Assembly: GCA_016931325.1 (NCBI GenBank)
Contig: JAFGFC010000051.1
Coordinates: 12,639-76,638, forward strand
Source: Spirochaetota bacterium
GTDB taxonomy: Bacteria; Spirochaetota; JAHITG01; JAFGFC01
DNA length: 64,000 nucleotides
Direction: 5' to 3'
This document shows, piece after piece, positions 36,801-46,215 of the stretch. The notes under the pieces are model-generated. The model searched no databases. It worked only from the letters and a program-made list of their open reading frames with translations, and was not told the origin of the DNA. Within the stretch, counting starts at the first letter, position 1. Each line of letters starts with the position of its first letter. A program made the translations under genes and the position numbers.

Positions 36801-38900
36801 CCTCCCGATAACAGAACTGATGGATAACAATTTCGCCTCTTTTTCCGGAAGGTCCTTGATCCGTAAAAGGAGCATATCCACAATATTTGAACTGACAGGC
36901 AATTTATTGATCTTGGACCAGTTCTCTTTCCAGGACCCTTCTTCCCAGATAAGGGCTTTTCTTTCTACCAGCTCTCTCAATATCGTAATGGCAAAAAAGG
37001 GATTCCCTTTTGTTTTATCAATAAGATAACGGGCAATTTTATCAGCCTTGGATTCACGCTCCCCGAGGACCTCGGCAGCGAGCCTTCGCATACGGCCAAA
37101 ATTAAAATGGCTCAGCTTGATCTCCTCCAGGGGATAATGCATGGCCTTGGACTCTTTTTTTATCCTGTGAATACTATGATCCCGGCCGATCTCATCATCC
37201 CTGTAGGTAGCCAGAAGAAAAAGATTGTTCGTTCTTGACTTTCTTAAAAGCTCTTCTATGAGGCTTAAACTTCCCTCATCAGCCCACTGTATATCATCAA
37301 TGAAAAGAACAACATTCTGCTTCCTGCCGGACAGGGAGGTCAAGAACTTGACATATTCCATTAGATATCTCTTGTTCTCTTTTTCCGGGTCATCAAGCGG
37401 CGTGATCTCGCTCACCTGGCCCAGAATTTCGCTCATATTGGAATTGAATTTCAAAATGATCCCGGTCAGATCCCCGAATATCTTCTTTAACCGTTTCCCT
37501 TCCTGTTTTTTTAACTCCTGGCCTTCCCGTTTTATCCTCCGGATATAATCATCGGTAATATCTTTGAACGGGTGGAACGGCATCTTGTTTTCCTGATTAA
37601 AACACCGTCCCATAAAAAACATGCCTCCCTGCTCGTAGACATAACCCCTTAATTCCTCAACCAGCCGGCTTTTCCCGATACCGGCTTCTCCGGCAATAAA
37701 ACAGAGGCTTCCGGAATGAGCTTTGGCTTTATCATAAAGTTCTTTAAGATCATTGAATTCTTTAGCCCGCCCCACCAGCCTGGACCTGTAAGTCAGCTTT
37801 TTTTTCTGATCCATCTCCCCGATAACGAATGTCTTTTCCCCTTTTTCGAACCGGGCGATATCATGCAAGAATCCTATGGCACTCTGATAACGGATCTCCG
37901 GTTCTTTATCCAGAAGCTTCATGATCATATCTTCCAGGGCTTTTGGTATATTGACATTAACCTTACCGGGTCTGACAGGAATAGCCGCTACCTGCTTGTG
38001 CAGGATCTGGCTTATCTCTTTTCCCACAAAGGGCATCTCCCCTGTTAAAAGTCGGTAAAAGATTATTCCCAGAGAATAAAGGTCACTTCTCTCATCCACC
38101 GGTTTGTTGATAATCCCTGTGGCTTCCGGAGACATATAACCAAACGTTCCTATTATCTCGGCCATTTCTTTGATCTGCCTCAGTTCCATCACGTGGGCCA
38201 GGCCAAAGTCCAAAATCTTTATCTTTTTTGCCTGATCAATGATCACGTTACCCGGCTTGAGGTCGCGGTGCAGGATATTACGGCTGTGAACATAATCAAG
38301 GGCCTCGGTTATCTGTTTTATGATCCTGACCGATTCCTTTATGGTGAATCTTTTTCCTTTCAGTAAAAGATCATAAAGGCTGTCTCCCTTCAACAATTCC
38401 ATCACGATATAGGGGATATTATCATACTCGCCCAAGCCAAATATTTTAACAATACCGGGATGATTAAATTTGGAGACGATCTCGACTTCTTTTTTAAATC
38501 TGATCTTATCCTCCAAAAAAGAAGAGATCCTGTTCTTTTTAAGGAATTTTATAGCCACTTCCTTTTTGGCCTTGTTATCAAAAGCTCTGTAGACAGAGGC
38601 CATTCCCCCTTCACCCAGTTTCGCTTTGATCTTATACTGTCCACTTATGATTGTTGATGATTTCAGTTCCAAGAACTCTCCCCTGACCTTTACCTCGTCT
38701 GTATTAGTATCGCCTAAAATGATTCTCTTCTTAAGGAGCAAAAGGTTATTTTCAATTATACTAAATAAATTACCAAGGGCAAGCAATTTCTGGCCACCAA
38801 TGCAAGAGAAACCACCCTTAGGAATCGCTATGCGATTCCTAAGGGTGGTTTCTCTTGTAAAAGTTAATTGACTTTGGCATTTTTTACCTGTATATTTCAT
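33855..38900 (-). CDS. Multidomain signalling protein: Ser/Thr kinase – STAND (AAA_16) NTPase – TPR repeats – GAF – GGDEF
   Basis: Kinase motifs (LGEGGMASVY, AIK, HRDLKPGNVII, DFGLA, SPE). P-loop GEAGIGKSRLVEEL. Long TPR-like region. GAF domain (VGAERGILLLY...GVIYLDNR). GGDEF domain (RYGGEEFAVIIPETG, KALYKAKEKGRNCV). The N-terminal 100 aa and the exact start are uncertain. Confidence 0.8.
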   Translation of the reverse strand: MKYTGKKCQSQLTFTRETTLRNRIAIPKGGFSCIGGQKLLALGNLFSIIENNLLLLKKRIILGDTNTDEVKVRGEFLELKSSTIISGQYKIKAKLGEGGMASVYRAFDNKAKKEVAIKFLKKNRISSFLEDKIRFKKEVEIVSKFNHPGIVKIFGLGEYDNIPYIVMELLKGDSLYDLLLKGKRFTIKESVRIIKQITEALDYVHSRNILHRDLKPGNVIIDQAKKIKILDFGLAHVMELRQIKEMAEIIGTFGYMSPEATGIINKPVDERSDLYSLGIIFYRLLTGEMPFVGKEISQILHKQVAAIPVRPGKVNVNIPKALEDMIMKLLDKEPEIRYQSAIGFLHDIARFEKGEKTFVIGEMDQKKKLTYRSRLVGRAKEFNDLKELYDKAKAHSGSLCFIAGEAGIGKSRLVEELRGYVYEQGGMFFMGRCFNQENKMPFHPFKDITDDYIRRIKREGQELKKQEGKRLKKIFGDLTGIILKFNSNMSEILGQVSEITPLDDPEKENKRYLMEYVKFLTSLSGRKQNVVLFIDDIQWADEGSLSLIEELLRKSRTNNLFLLATYRDDEIGRDHSIHRIKKESKAMHYPLEEIKLSHFNFGRMRRLAAEVLGERESKADKIARYLIDKTKGNPFFAITILRELVERKALIWEEGSWKENWSKINKLPVSSNIVDMLLLRIKDLPEKEAKLLSISSVIGREFQIDMIQDLMKESRDILVHLIDSTIEKQLLEKSSRKGALMFVHDRVRDAFYARMTKKERVKYHLMIGTALEERNKQNIEEVIFDLAHHFIEGGDKHRSLQYGIRAADRAKENYANEEAIRYYNIVLNILEKEKTKDKRWMQAKEGLIEVYLSAGKSNEVINLCKEILPLKRNPFEKAKLYIHMGQAHLNMGSWVESEEVIARGLSLLGEKVPRRKSEVMMALVREAAVHFFHSFLNRYYLKKQVKHKDPQDITIIVTHHSLDWMYILTDISKFIHSVLRGLHIAQSRLGRSKELAASIGAYASLLMSIPMFKGAEKYHFKALEIRRELGDERELAQSLQFIGYYYQFKGEYAKSRDYLGQAAEKYRLVEDIWNLGMTLQGIGIDYLYSGDFREAVGHLLEYLKISEEIKDDFGITSCLGYLIEVYLEQGEIDTAEKALRRGYSIVQAKKLPFPLLGMHIGMSILSYEKGNYADAIKYAQLAREINETHDFLKNYTANLYFVLADAHIENYKKKKKKDRGHLKLIRSLCRDALKKAAPWVTHYMSALRSYAKYHILINKRKKAEILFFKSMELARKLGRKFELGKTLFEMGYFYEAGNKIESAHHYWQQAFKVFQEIGSREYIKRCASVLGLDLKVQVAKESPKERLQIEREMTTVLETSRYFSSILDLEELLEKIIEKAIQLVGAERGILLLYPVEEKKDKILEVKVAKNVKDVELEGELFHTSSGIINRVEQGKKPLIVDDATLDKDFKDEASIVRFGIKSALSLPIMGREEMLGVIYLDNRLVSGVFTEEDLRVLEVISRQAGISIENAILYKKAITDGLTELYTHNFFENFLSKSVELATRYKNKLSLLMLDIDHFKNFNDKYGHRAGDLVLKKIALIIKKNIRKSDSAARYGGEEFAVIIPETGLDGAKILAEKLRKIIESNRVSYRMGKKDIQLRITASIGVAELEPGEEWQELVVRSDKALYKAKEKGRNCVQT
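38803..38857. repeat. Perfect 26-bp-arm inverted repeat with a 3-nt loop (caagagaaaccacccttaggaatcgc-tat-gcgattcctaagggtggtttctcttg)
   Basis: Read directly. Lies within the first ~100 nt of the annotated kinase ORF, 45-100 nt from the divergent gene at 38946. Confidence 0.7.
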
Positions 38901-38945
38901 CGCATATTACAGAAAGCACAGAAACAGAAAGCAGGGAGGTAAAAC

Positions 38946-39707
38946 ATGAAAAAGATCTCTATTTTATCCATTTTGATATCCTTATTTCTAGCCGCTGTCT
39001 TGATAGCAGGTGAGGTAGAGGACCTTGTTGAAAAAGGCAATACCGCCTTTGACAAATGGGATTACAGCAAGGCCATTGAATATTACAAAGAAGCCCTTAA
39101 AAAAGATGAAAAGAATTTTACCGCCTTATGGAAGACAGCTAATGCATATATCAATCTCGGCGTACTGGAACAGGAGGATGATGACAAAAAAGAATCCCTT
39201 TTTAATCAGGGATCTTTATTTGCTCAAAAGGCGGTCAAAGAACATCCTCAAAAAGCGGACGGCTATGCCATGCTCTCCATTGCGGAAGGCCGACTGGCTA
39301 TGTTCGCCGGTGGTAAAAGAAAGGTCGAATTATCCAAGAGTGTCAAAAAAAATGCGCAACTCGCTTTGAAATATGACCCTAACCATGACGGAGCCCTGCA
39401 TGTACTGGGGGCCTGGCATAGAGAAGTGGCCACACTAGGCGGATTTCTAAAATTCTTTGCCAAAGTCCTTTATGGCGGCTTGCCCGATGCAAATATGAAA
39501 GATTCCATAAAATATCTGGAAAAAGCTGTAAAAGTAAAACCATCTAATATCGAACACCATCTGGACCTGGCTAAAAGCTATATTGAAGAAGACATGGAAG
39601 ATAAAGCCAGAAAGGAGTTAAAACTGGCTATTGAACTTCCTCCCACAGAGGGTTATGATAAATTAAATAAAGCAGAAGCCAAAGAACTATTAGAAGATCT
39701 TGATTAA
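38946..39707 (+). CDS. Secreted TPR-like repeat protein
   Basis: Signal peptide present. Helical repeats (AIEYYKEALKKDEKN, ALWKTANAYINLG...). Confidence 0.45.
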   Translation: MKKISILSILISLFLAAVLIAGEVEDLVEKGNTAFDKWDYSKAIEYYKEALKKDEKNFTALWKTANAYINLGVLEQEDDDKKESLFNQGSLFAQKAVKEHPQKADGYAMLSIAEGRLAMFAGGKRKVELSKSVKKNAQLALKYDPNHDGALHVLGAWHREVATLGGFLKFFAKVLYGGLPDANMKDSIKYLEKAVKVKPSNIEHHLDLAKSYIEEDMEDKARKELKLAIELPPTEGYDKLNKAEAKELLEDLD

Positions 39708-39751
39708 AAAAAAGGGACGGTTCTTTCAACACAAAGAACCGTCCCTTTTTT

Positions 39752-40210
39752 TCACTGCACCCTTTTTATTATCTCTTTTGCAATTTCCCCAGCCCTTTTA
39801 AAATCTCTTTTATCAGGCCTTCCCTTGTTCAGCCCGCCAAAGACCCTGAATGGCCCGGCTGTATCCCAGCATTTAAAACTAAAATCATGAACCACTTTAA
39901 AATTTCGCGTCTTCAACTGCCTTCTCAGTACCCTGTGATAATACCACAGCGGACCTATTCCCCTGGTAGAAAAGATAAAAGCCTTTTTGTTTTTTACCTT
40001 TGGTACTTGGTCAACGAAATCGATCAGGTACTTGTGATGCTTCCAGTAATAGATGCCGGCACCGAATCCGATCAGATCATATTTTATAACATCCCGGGGT
40101 TTTATTTCTCTGTGATCAACCACCCTGGCCTTTAACACCTTGCCCATATACCTTGAGATCTTTTCTGTGTTCTTATGATGATAGGAAACATAGATAATAA
40201 GCGTCTTCAT
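39752..40210 (-). CDS. Flavodoxin-like protein
   Basis: MKTLIIYVSYHHKNTEKISRYMGKVL...YDLIGFGAGIY...AFIFSTRG matches the flavodoxin-fold FMN-binding pattern. Confidence 0.55.
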   Translation of the reverse strand: MKTLIIYVSYHHKNTEKISRYMGKVLKARVVDHREIKPRDVIKYDLIGFGAGIYYWKHHKYLIDFVDQVPKVKNKKAFIFSTRGIGPLWYYHRVLRRQLKTRNFKVVHDFSFKCWDTAGPFRVFGGLNKGRPDKRDFKRAGEIAKEIIKRVQ

Positions 40211-40232
40211 TTTTTGTCGCGCAGACATGCCC

Positions 40233-41264
40233 TTACTCTATCCTGTTCATTATCTCTTTTACATTGACCTTTTCATCCTCGCTGGACTGGCTGTTCATGT
40301 ATAAAAGAAAAATGTCGTCGCCCTCTTTTTTAAACCCATACAGATTTCCTGCTTTATGGCCTATTACTTCCGGATCGATCATTTTCTGTAAACCCGCATG
40401 ATATAGCCGGTACTCGGTTTCTGACCGACCCTGGGCTCCCGCATCCGCATCCATCCTGATCACGATCACCCATTGTTTATCCGGACTGGTCTCAATGATC
40501 TGAAAAACTGACGAGGGATCCTGCTCCAGGACTATTTTTTCACCCTGCATGGTCTCAATAATAACAGCATCCTGCTTTTCATTCGCATAAATATCTTTTA
40601 TCTCGCCCTCCACATCAAAAAAGATATCAGACAAACAGGTATCATTATACTGAGCTCCCTTATAGATATCCTTTATTTGGAATCTGAGGATATAACGGGT
40701 ATTGATCGAATCCGGTGCCTGACTCCCCTTGTCTGACCCTTTGGCCTTTTTAATCTCGTCTTTGAAAAGTTTCAGTTTGTTCCAATCAAAGGGAAAGGGG
40801 ATCTTCTGTACATCCATGGTGTCTTTTAAAAGCAGGTTACGCTCCTCATTATATTTGTAAATATCAAAAAGGACCTGAGTCTCTGTGGCATGACCTGATC
40901 TTTCTATTCCGAGATAGAGGGATAAACGTAACACCTTGACCCTGTTATTCTTCTCAAAAATATCTTTTGACCGCGCGTATCCATTCACAATGTTAATATT
41001 CTTTACCCCTTCTTTTATAGCCAGATAGACGGATTGCCCTTTGCCTTCGTCTTCAGTCCCTTCCACCCAGGCTGTTGAACTGTTTTTATCAAAAAGATTA
41101 TGCGCCCCATAAGGACCCAGTTCGAAAGAAGAAGACGGTTTTTTCATTTCCGATGTGGCCAGGAAAAGATTACCCCCGATATCATATAAAAATAAAGTCT
41201 CTGGTTTCCTTCCGCAGCCCAATAAAAGTAAAGAGATCATAATAAGAATACTGATCGCTTTCAT
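40233..41264 (-). CDS. Hypothetical lipoprotein
   Basis: Signal peptide with lipobox LLGCG. No family recognised. Confidence 0.4.
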   Translation of the reverse strand: MKAISILIMISLLLLGCGRKPETLFLYDIGGNLFLATSEMKKPSSSFELGPYGAHNLFDKNSSTAWVEGTEDEGKGQSVYLAIKEGVKNINIVNGYARSKDIFEKNNRVKVLRLSLYLGIERSGHATETQVLFDIYKYNEERNLLLKDTMDVQKIPFPFDWNKLKLFKDEIKKAKGSDKGSQAPDSINTRYILRFQIKDIYKGAQYNDTCLSDIFFDVEGEIKDIYANEKQDAVIIETMQGEKIVLEQDPSSVFQIIETSPDKQWVIVIRMDADAGAQGRSETEYRLYHAGLQKMIDPEVIGHKAGNLYGFKKEGDDIFLLYMNSQSSEDEKVNVKEIMNRIE

Positions 41265-41480
41265 TATTCTCCTCCTTTAATAAATTGGCTGATGCATCTT
41301 AAAATATATAATTAAAATTCCTTGTCACTATAAATTTTTACCGCTGAAAACACAGAGGCGGAGATCATGCTGTTTTTTTTAAATATTCAAGCCTCTGCCT
41401 GCTCTATAGCACTTTTTTCATTTGATAAAATTACTTGATTTGCAAGATAAATTTACTATAGTATAGAAAAGAGGAACTTC

Positions 41481-43685
41481 GTGACATTGAAAAAAATCTT
41501 AAAAAATGAGCAAAAACTTTTATTTGTCTCCAATCGTCTGCCCATTACCATTCAAAGACGCAAAAAAGATATAAAATTTATTCCGAGTATTGGGGGTCTG
41601 GCGACCGGACTCGGATCATTCTATAAAACATATAACAGCCTCTGGATCGGATGGTGCGGAATAACCAAGGACGATCTGGATAAAAAATCAAAAGATTTTA
41701 TCGCTGCCCGGTTACGCGCGGATTTTAAAAGCCATACCCTGTATTTGACAAAAAAAGATATTGACCAGTATTATTATGGATTCTGCAACAAGACGATCTG
41801 GCCTCTTTTTCATTATTTTACTCATCACGCGATCTATGATAAGGATTTCTGGGGATCCTATCAAAAGATCAATCAGTATTTCTGCAAAGAAATACTGAAA
41901 ATCGCCTCTGACAACGATATTATATGGATCCATGATTATCACCTTATGCTGCTTCCCCACATGCTGCGTGAAAAGTTACCTGAGTCCCAGATAGGATTCT
42001 ATCTTCATATTCCTTTCCCCTCTTTTGAGATCTTTCGTCTGTTACCATGGCGAAAAGAGATCCTGGAAGGATTGTTGGGTTCTGATCTGATCGGCTTTCA
42101 TACCTATGATTATGTGCGCCATTTTTTAAGTAGTGTCAGAAGACTTTTAGGCTGCGAACATACACTGGGTCAAGTCTCTGTTGAAAACCGCCTGGTAAAA
42201 GTTGATGCGTTTCCCATGGGAATCGATTATGACCGTTTCTCCAAGAGCCTCCAGAAAAAAAATATCATAAAAGAGATCAACAAAAGAAAAAAACAGTTCG
42301 CTGATAAAAAGATCATCCTGTCACTGGATCGCATGGATTATACAAAAGGCATCCTGGAACGTCTGGAAGCGTTTGATCTCTTTCTTGAAACCTACCCTGA
42401 TTATAAAGAAAAGATCACTCTCATCCTTATCGCCGTGCCTTCCCGTACTGAAGTCCAGACCTATATGGAATTAAAAAGTCAAGTGGATGAAATGGTCGGG
42501 AGGATCAATGGGAAATACGGGTCCATAGACTGGATCCCGGTCCGGTATATGAACCGCTCTTTTCCTTTTGAAAAGCTGATCCCTTTCTATAATATGGCTG
42601 ATATCGCTCTGATCACACCCCTCAGGGATGGGATGAACCTGATCGCCAAAGAATACATTGCCACAAAAACGGATAAAAAGGGTGTTTTGATCCTGAGCGA
42701 AATGGCAGGGGCCGCTCGCGAGCTGGGAGAATCACTGATCGTTAACCCGAACAATAAGCAGGAAGTCGCGCAGGCTATCTTTCAAGCCATCAACATGACA
42801 TCCGAGGATCAAAAAGAAAGAAACGCCATTATGCAGAACAGGCTCGAGCGTTATCATGTCAAGGCCTGGGCTCAAGACTTTTTAGACCGTCTTATCCGCA
42901 TAAAAAAGATCCAGGGAGAATTGTACGCCAAGGTCATAACTCCGGAATTAAAGGATCATCTGATCCATTCTTACCGCTCAAAAAGGAAACGGCTCATCCT
43001 TCTGGATTATGACGGTACGCTAACGCCTTTCTTTGAAAAACCGGAACAGGCGCGTCCTAATATTGAGATCCTTGAGCTCTTAAAAAAATTGGCTCGAGAC
43101 CCGAAAAATGAACTTGTCATTCTCAGCGGTCGCGAAAAAGAGATCCTTGACAACTGGTTCAGTAAAATTCCCCTTGGGATGAGCGCTGAGCACGGGGTCT
43201 GGATCAAAGGAAGAGGGAAAAAATGGCATTTGATAGAGCAGCTCAGAAATGAATGGAAAAATGAGATACGCTCCCTTATGGAACTTTACGTCAATCGCAC
43301 ACCCGGGTCTTTTCTGGAAGAAAAAGATTATTCCCTGGTCTGGCATTACAGAAAGGCTGATCCTGAATTCGCCATGTTACGCCTTTTAGAATTAAAAGAT
43401 GACCTTTTGCATTTTACTCATAATCTGAATATTGGACTTTTAGAAGGGACCAAAACACTTGAAGTCAAAAATGCCGGAATTAATAAAGGACGGGCTGCCA
43501 TGCACTGGATTTCCGGCAATAAATGGGATTTTATCATGGCTATAGGAGATGACTGGACCGATGAAGACATCTTCATCTCTCTTCCTGAATCCGCTTTTTC
43601 CATCAGAGTGGGGCTTTATCCTACCCGTGCCAAATATACCATAGATTCGGTTACAAAAGTGTTATCTCTATTGAAAAAGTTATGA
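41481..43685 (+). CDS. otsAB: Bifunctional trehalose-6-phosphate synthase / trehalose-6-phosphate phosphatase (OtsA-OtsB fusion)
   Basis: GT20 motifs (FVSNRLP, GFYLHIPFPSFEIFRLLPWR, LIGFHTYDY). C-terminal HAD phosphatase (LILLDYDGTLTPF). GTG start. Confidence 0.85.
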   Translation: MTLKKILKNEQKLLFVSNRLPITIQRRKKDIKFIPSIGGLATGLGSFYKTYNSLWIGWCGITKDDLDKKSKDFIAARLRADFKSHTLYLTKKDIDQYYYGFCNKTIWPLFHYFTHHAIYDKDFWGSYQKINQYFCKEILKIASDNDIIWIHDYHLMLLPHMLREKLPESQIGFYLHIPFPSFEIFRLLPWRKEILEGLLGSDLIGFHTYDYVRHFLSSVRRLLGCEHTLGQVSVENRLVKVDAFPMGIDYDRFSKSLQKKNIIKEINKRKKQFADKKIILSLDRMDYTKGILERLEAFDLFLETYPDYKEKITLILIAVPSRTEVQTYMELKSQVDEMVGRINGKYGSIDWIPVRYMNRSFPFEKLIPFYNMADIALITPLRDGMNLIAKEYIATKTDKKGVLILSEMAGAARELGESLIVNPNNKQEVAQAIFQAINMTSEDQKERNAIMQNRLERYHVKAWAQDFLDRLIRIKKIQGELYAKVITPELKDHLIHSYRSKRKRLILLDYDGTLTPFFEKPEQARPNIEILELLKKLARDPKNELVILSGREKEILDNWFSKIPLGMSAEHGVWIKGRGKKWHLIEQLRNEWKNEIRSLMELYVNRTPGSFLEEKDYSLVWHYRKADPEFAMLRLLELKDDLLHFTHNLNIGLLEGTKTLEVKNAGINKGRAAMHWISGNKWDFIMAIGDDWTDEDIFISLPESAFSIRVGLYPTRAKYTIDSVTKVLSLLKKL

Positions 43686-43835
43686 ATTTGGGGACAGGAC
43701 TTGACAATGTGACATTTTTTAATTATTATTATCTCCAATTTATAAAAGTCTAAATGTCAAATGATCAAGCCCTGCACCCTTGCGGGTACTGATGCACCCT
43801 TGCGGGTACTGGGGTCCTCAGGAGGAATAAGCGAC

Positions 43836-45074
43836 ATGAAGGTGAAAGAGCCTCAAAAAGGAGAAATCGTAAATTTTAAAAAAGGCGAGATGAATGTTCC
43901 CGATAAGGTTATTATTCCTTATATTGAAGGGGACGGTATCGGTACTGACATCATGAAAGCCACCCTGCCTGTTGTTAATACAGCGGTGCAAAAAGCGTTT
44001 CGAGGTAAAAAAGAGATCATTTTTTTCGAGATCTATGCCGGAGAAAAAGCACTGGCAAAATATGGTAACGTTATGCCTGAAGAAACTCTTGTCCTTATCA
44101 ATAAATACAAGCTGTCCTTAAAAGGACCATTGACGACTCCTGTGGGAGAAGGGTATCGCAGTCTGAATGTGTTCTTAAGACAATATTTTAATCTTTACGC
44201 CTGCGTCCGCCCGGTCAAGTACTACCCCGGAGTGCCTTCACCGGTAAAAACGCCTGAGAAAATGGATGTGGTTATTTTCAGAGAGAACACAGAAGACGTG
44301 TATGCCGGCATAGAATGGGAGGAAGGTTCTAAAGAGGCTCGAAAGATGATAGATTTTCTTGAAAATAATTTTAAAATCAAAGTCCGCAGGGATTCAGGCC
44401 TGGGTTTGAAACCCATAAGTGAAACAGGCACCAAAAGATTAGTCCGTGCCGCTATTAAATACGCGATAAAAAATAATAGAAAAAATGTAACGCTGGTTCA
44501 TAAAGGCAATATTATGAAATTCACTGAAGGAGCCTTTAGGAATTGGGGCTATGAACTGGCCAAAGACGAATTCCCGAAGTCGGTCATTACAGAAGAAGCG
44601 GTCTTGAAAAAACATAACCATCATATCCCTAAAGGAAAAATCGTTATAAAAGACAGAATTGCTGACAGTATGTTCCAGCAGGTTCTGACCCGGGCAGATG
44701 AATATGATGTGATCGCCCTGCCCAATCTGAATGGGGATTATCTTTCGGATGCCTGCGCCGCTCAGGTGGGCGGACTGGGGATGGCGCCGGGAGCCAATAT
44801 AGGAGATGAGATCGCTATTTTTGAAGCCACTCACGGGACAGCCCCGAAATATGCCGGACAGAACAAGGTCAACCCATCTTCCCTGATCCTTTCTGCCAAG
44901 CTCATGCTGGATTATCTGGGATGGGATCAGGCTTCTCAGCTTGTCGAAAAGGGGATCGCGAGAGCCATACAACAAAAAAGAGTGACATATGACCTTGCCC
45001 GATTGATGGGGGCTGTAACCCCGGTTAAAACCTCTGAATTCGCTGAAATAATCTGTGACAACATGGGACAATAG
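43836..45074 (+). CDS. icd: NADP-dependent isocitrate dehydrogenase
   Basis: [42 protein letters not shown]. Start at MKVKEPQ with a GGAGGA ribosome-binding site; the ORF is open further upstream. Confidence 0.9.
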   Translation: MKVKEPQKGEIVNFKKGEMNVPDKVIIPYIEGDGIGTDIMKATLPVVNTAVQKAFRGKKEIIFFEIYAGEKALAKYGNVMPEETLVLINKYKLSLKGPLTTPVGEGYRSLNVFLRQYFNLYACVRPVKYYPGVPSPVKTPEKMDVVIFRENTEDVYAGIEWEEGSKEARKMIDFLENNFKIKVRRDSGLGLKPISETGTKRLVRAAIKYAIKNNRKNVTLVHKGNIMKFTEGAFRNWGYELAKDEFPKSVITEEAVLKKHNHHIPKGKIVIKDRIADSMFQQVLTRADEYDVIALPNLNGDYLSDACAAQVGGLGMAPGANIGDEIAIFEATHGTAPKYAGQNKVNPSSLILSAKLMLDYLGWDQASQLVEKGIARAIQQKRVTYDLARLMGAVTPVKTSEFAEIICDNMGQ

Positions 45075-45206
45075 TACCAATGGCTTGTTTTTTTTCCTTG
45101 TTAGCTATGCTTTCTGAAGCCAGGGTCATAATAAAGCTAAAATGGGCCATTTAAAATGATTGACATTTCTATAAAATATTATATCTTCTCACATTAAGCC
45201 ATATAT

Positions 45207-46211
45207 ATGAAAGGTTATCAGCATCATTATAAAAGAAAAAACATAAGATTAAGAAGAATCCTCCTGGTTCTGGTTTTGGCGGGTATTGTTTATATCATTG
45301 CCCGAAATGCGGGGAAATTGTTCCTTTTTGGTTCTATCAGAATCGAAAAATTGAGGGCGATTGAGGATATTCTTAAAAAATCGGATATTGAAAAGGACAG
45401 GATGAAAAAAAGGATCCTGATCCAGAAAGCCGTGAAAAAGCTGAATGATCTTGTGGATGATGCCCAGGTCCCCAATGCCAGGGTTTTGATCATGCTGGGA
45501 CAATCCTATTTGCGAAAAGGACTATTAGAATATAATAAGGATCTGAGAAATATGTATCTTGACAAATCCATCTATTATTTCAGGAAGGCTCTGGCGGTGG
45601 CCGGCGGCAAAGACCTTTCCGGGAAAATATATTATGAGCTGGCCAAAGCTTATTTTTACAAAGGCGAGTATTATTATTTTGAGAGCCTTACGGAATTGAA
45701 TAAAGCCAAGAAACTGGGTTTTGAAGATGAAAATATGGAAAAATTGATCGATTTCATTAAAAATAAAAAAGGAAATATTAATCAAATCTCTCAGCTGATT
45801 CAGAATTTTAAAGAGAGCCGCCCGGATAGCGTAGAAAATTATTTTTACCTGGCTTATCAATTAAAGGATCAGAAAAGATATGATGAATCCATGGAATATT
45901 TTAACAAGATACTTGAATATTTTCAAACAGCGGATGTTGATTCTGAAGAGCAGAAATATATCCTGACAAAGACATACTATGCCATGGGCTGGCTTTCATT
46001 CAATATGAAGAGATACGATCAGGCCTTGAATTTCTATAATAAATCACTGGAGTTGGACGAATCAGCCATGACGTATTACTGGTTAGGCAAGGTCTATGAA
46101 TCATTGAATAAAATCCATCAGGCGAAAAAAATGTGGAAAAACGCTTTAAATATCAATCCCAATTTCAATTTCGCCAAGAATAAATTAAATAAAACAAGTA
46201 AAAGGAGATAA
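45207..46211 (+). CDS. Membrane-anchored TPR-repeat protein
   Basis: N-terminal transmembrane segment followed by TPR-like repeats ([16 protein letters not shown]..., [27 protein letters not shown]...). Confidence 0.5.
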   Translation: MKGYQHHYKRKNIRLRRILLVLVLAGIVYIIARNAGKLFLFGSIRIEKLRAIEDILKKSDIEKDRMKKRILIQKAVKKLNDLVDDAQVPNARVLIMLGQSYLRKGLLEYNKDLRNMYLDKSIYYFRKALAVAGGKDLSGKIYYELAKAYFYKGEYYYFESLTELNKAKKLGFEDENMEKLIDFIKNKKGNINQISQLIQNFKESRPDSVENYFYLAYQLKDQKRYDESMEYFNKILEYFQTADVDSEEQKYILTKTYYAMGWLSFNMKRYDQALNFYNKSLELDESAMTYYWLGKVYESLNKIHQAKKMWKNALNINPNFNFAKNKLNKTSKRR

Positions 46212-46215
46212 AATA

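Noticed and set aside
33855-38900. Calling the kinase-STAND protein an antiviral Avs defence gene
   Set aside because: There are no neighbouring defence genes, and the C-terminal GAF-GGDEF fits signalling better. Retained only as an alternative in the finding.
41481-43685. OtsA-OtsB fusion as a novelty
   Set aside because: Fused TPS-TPP proteins are common in several bacterial phyla and in eukaryotes.
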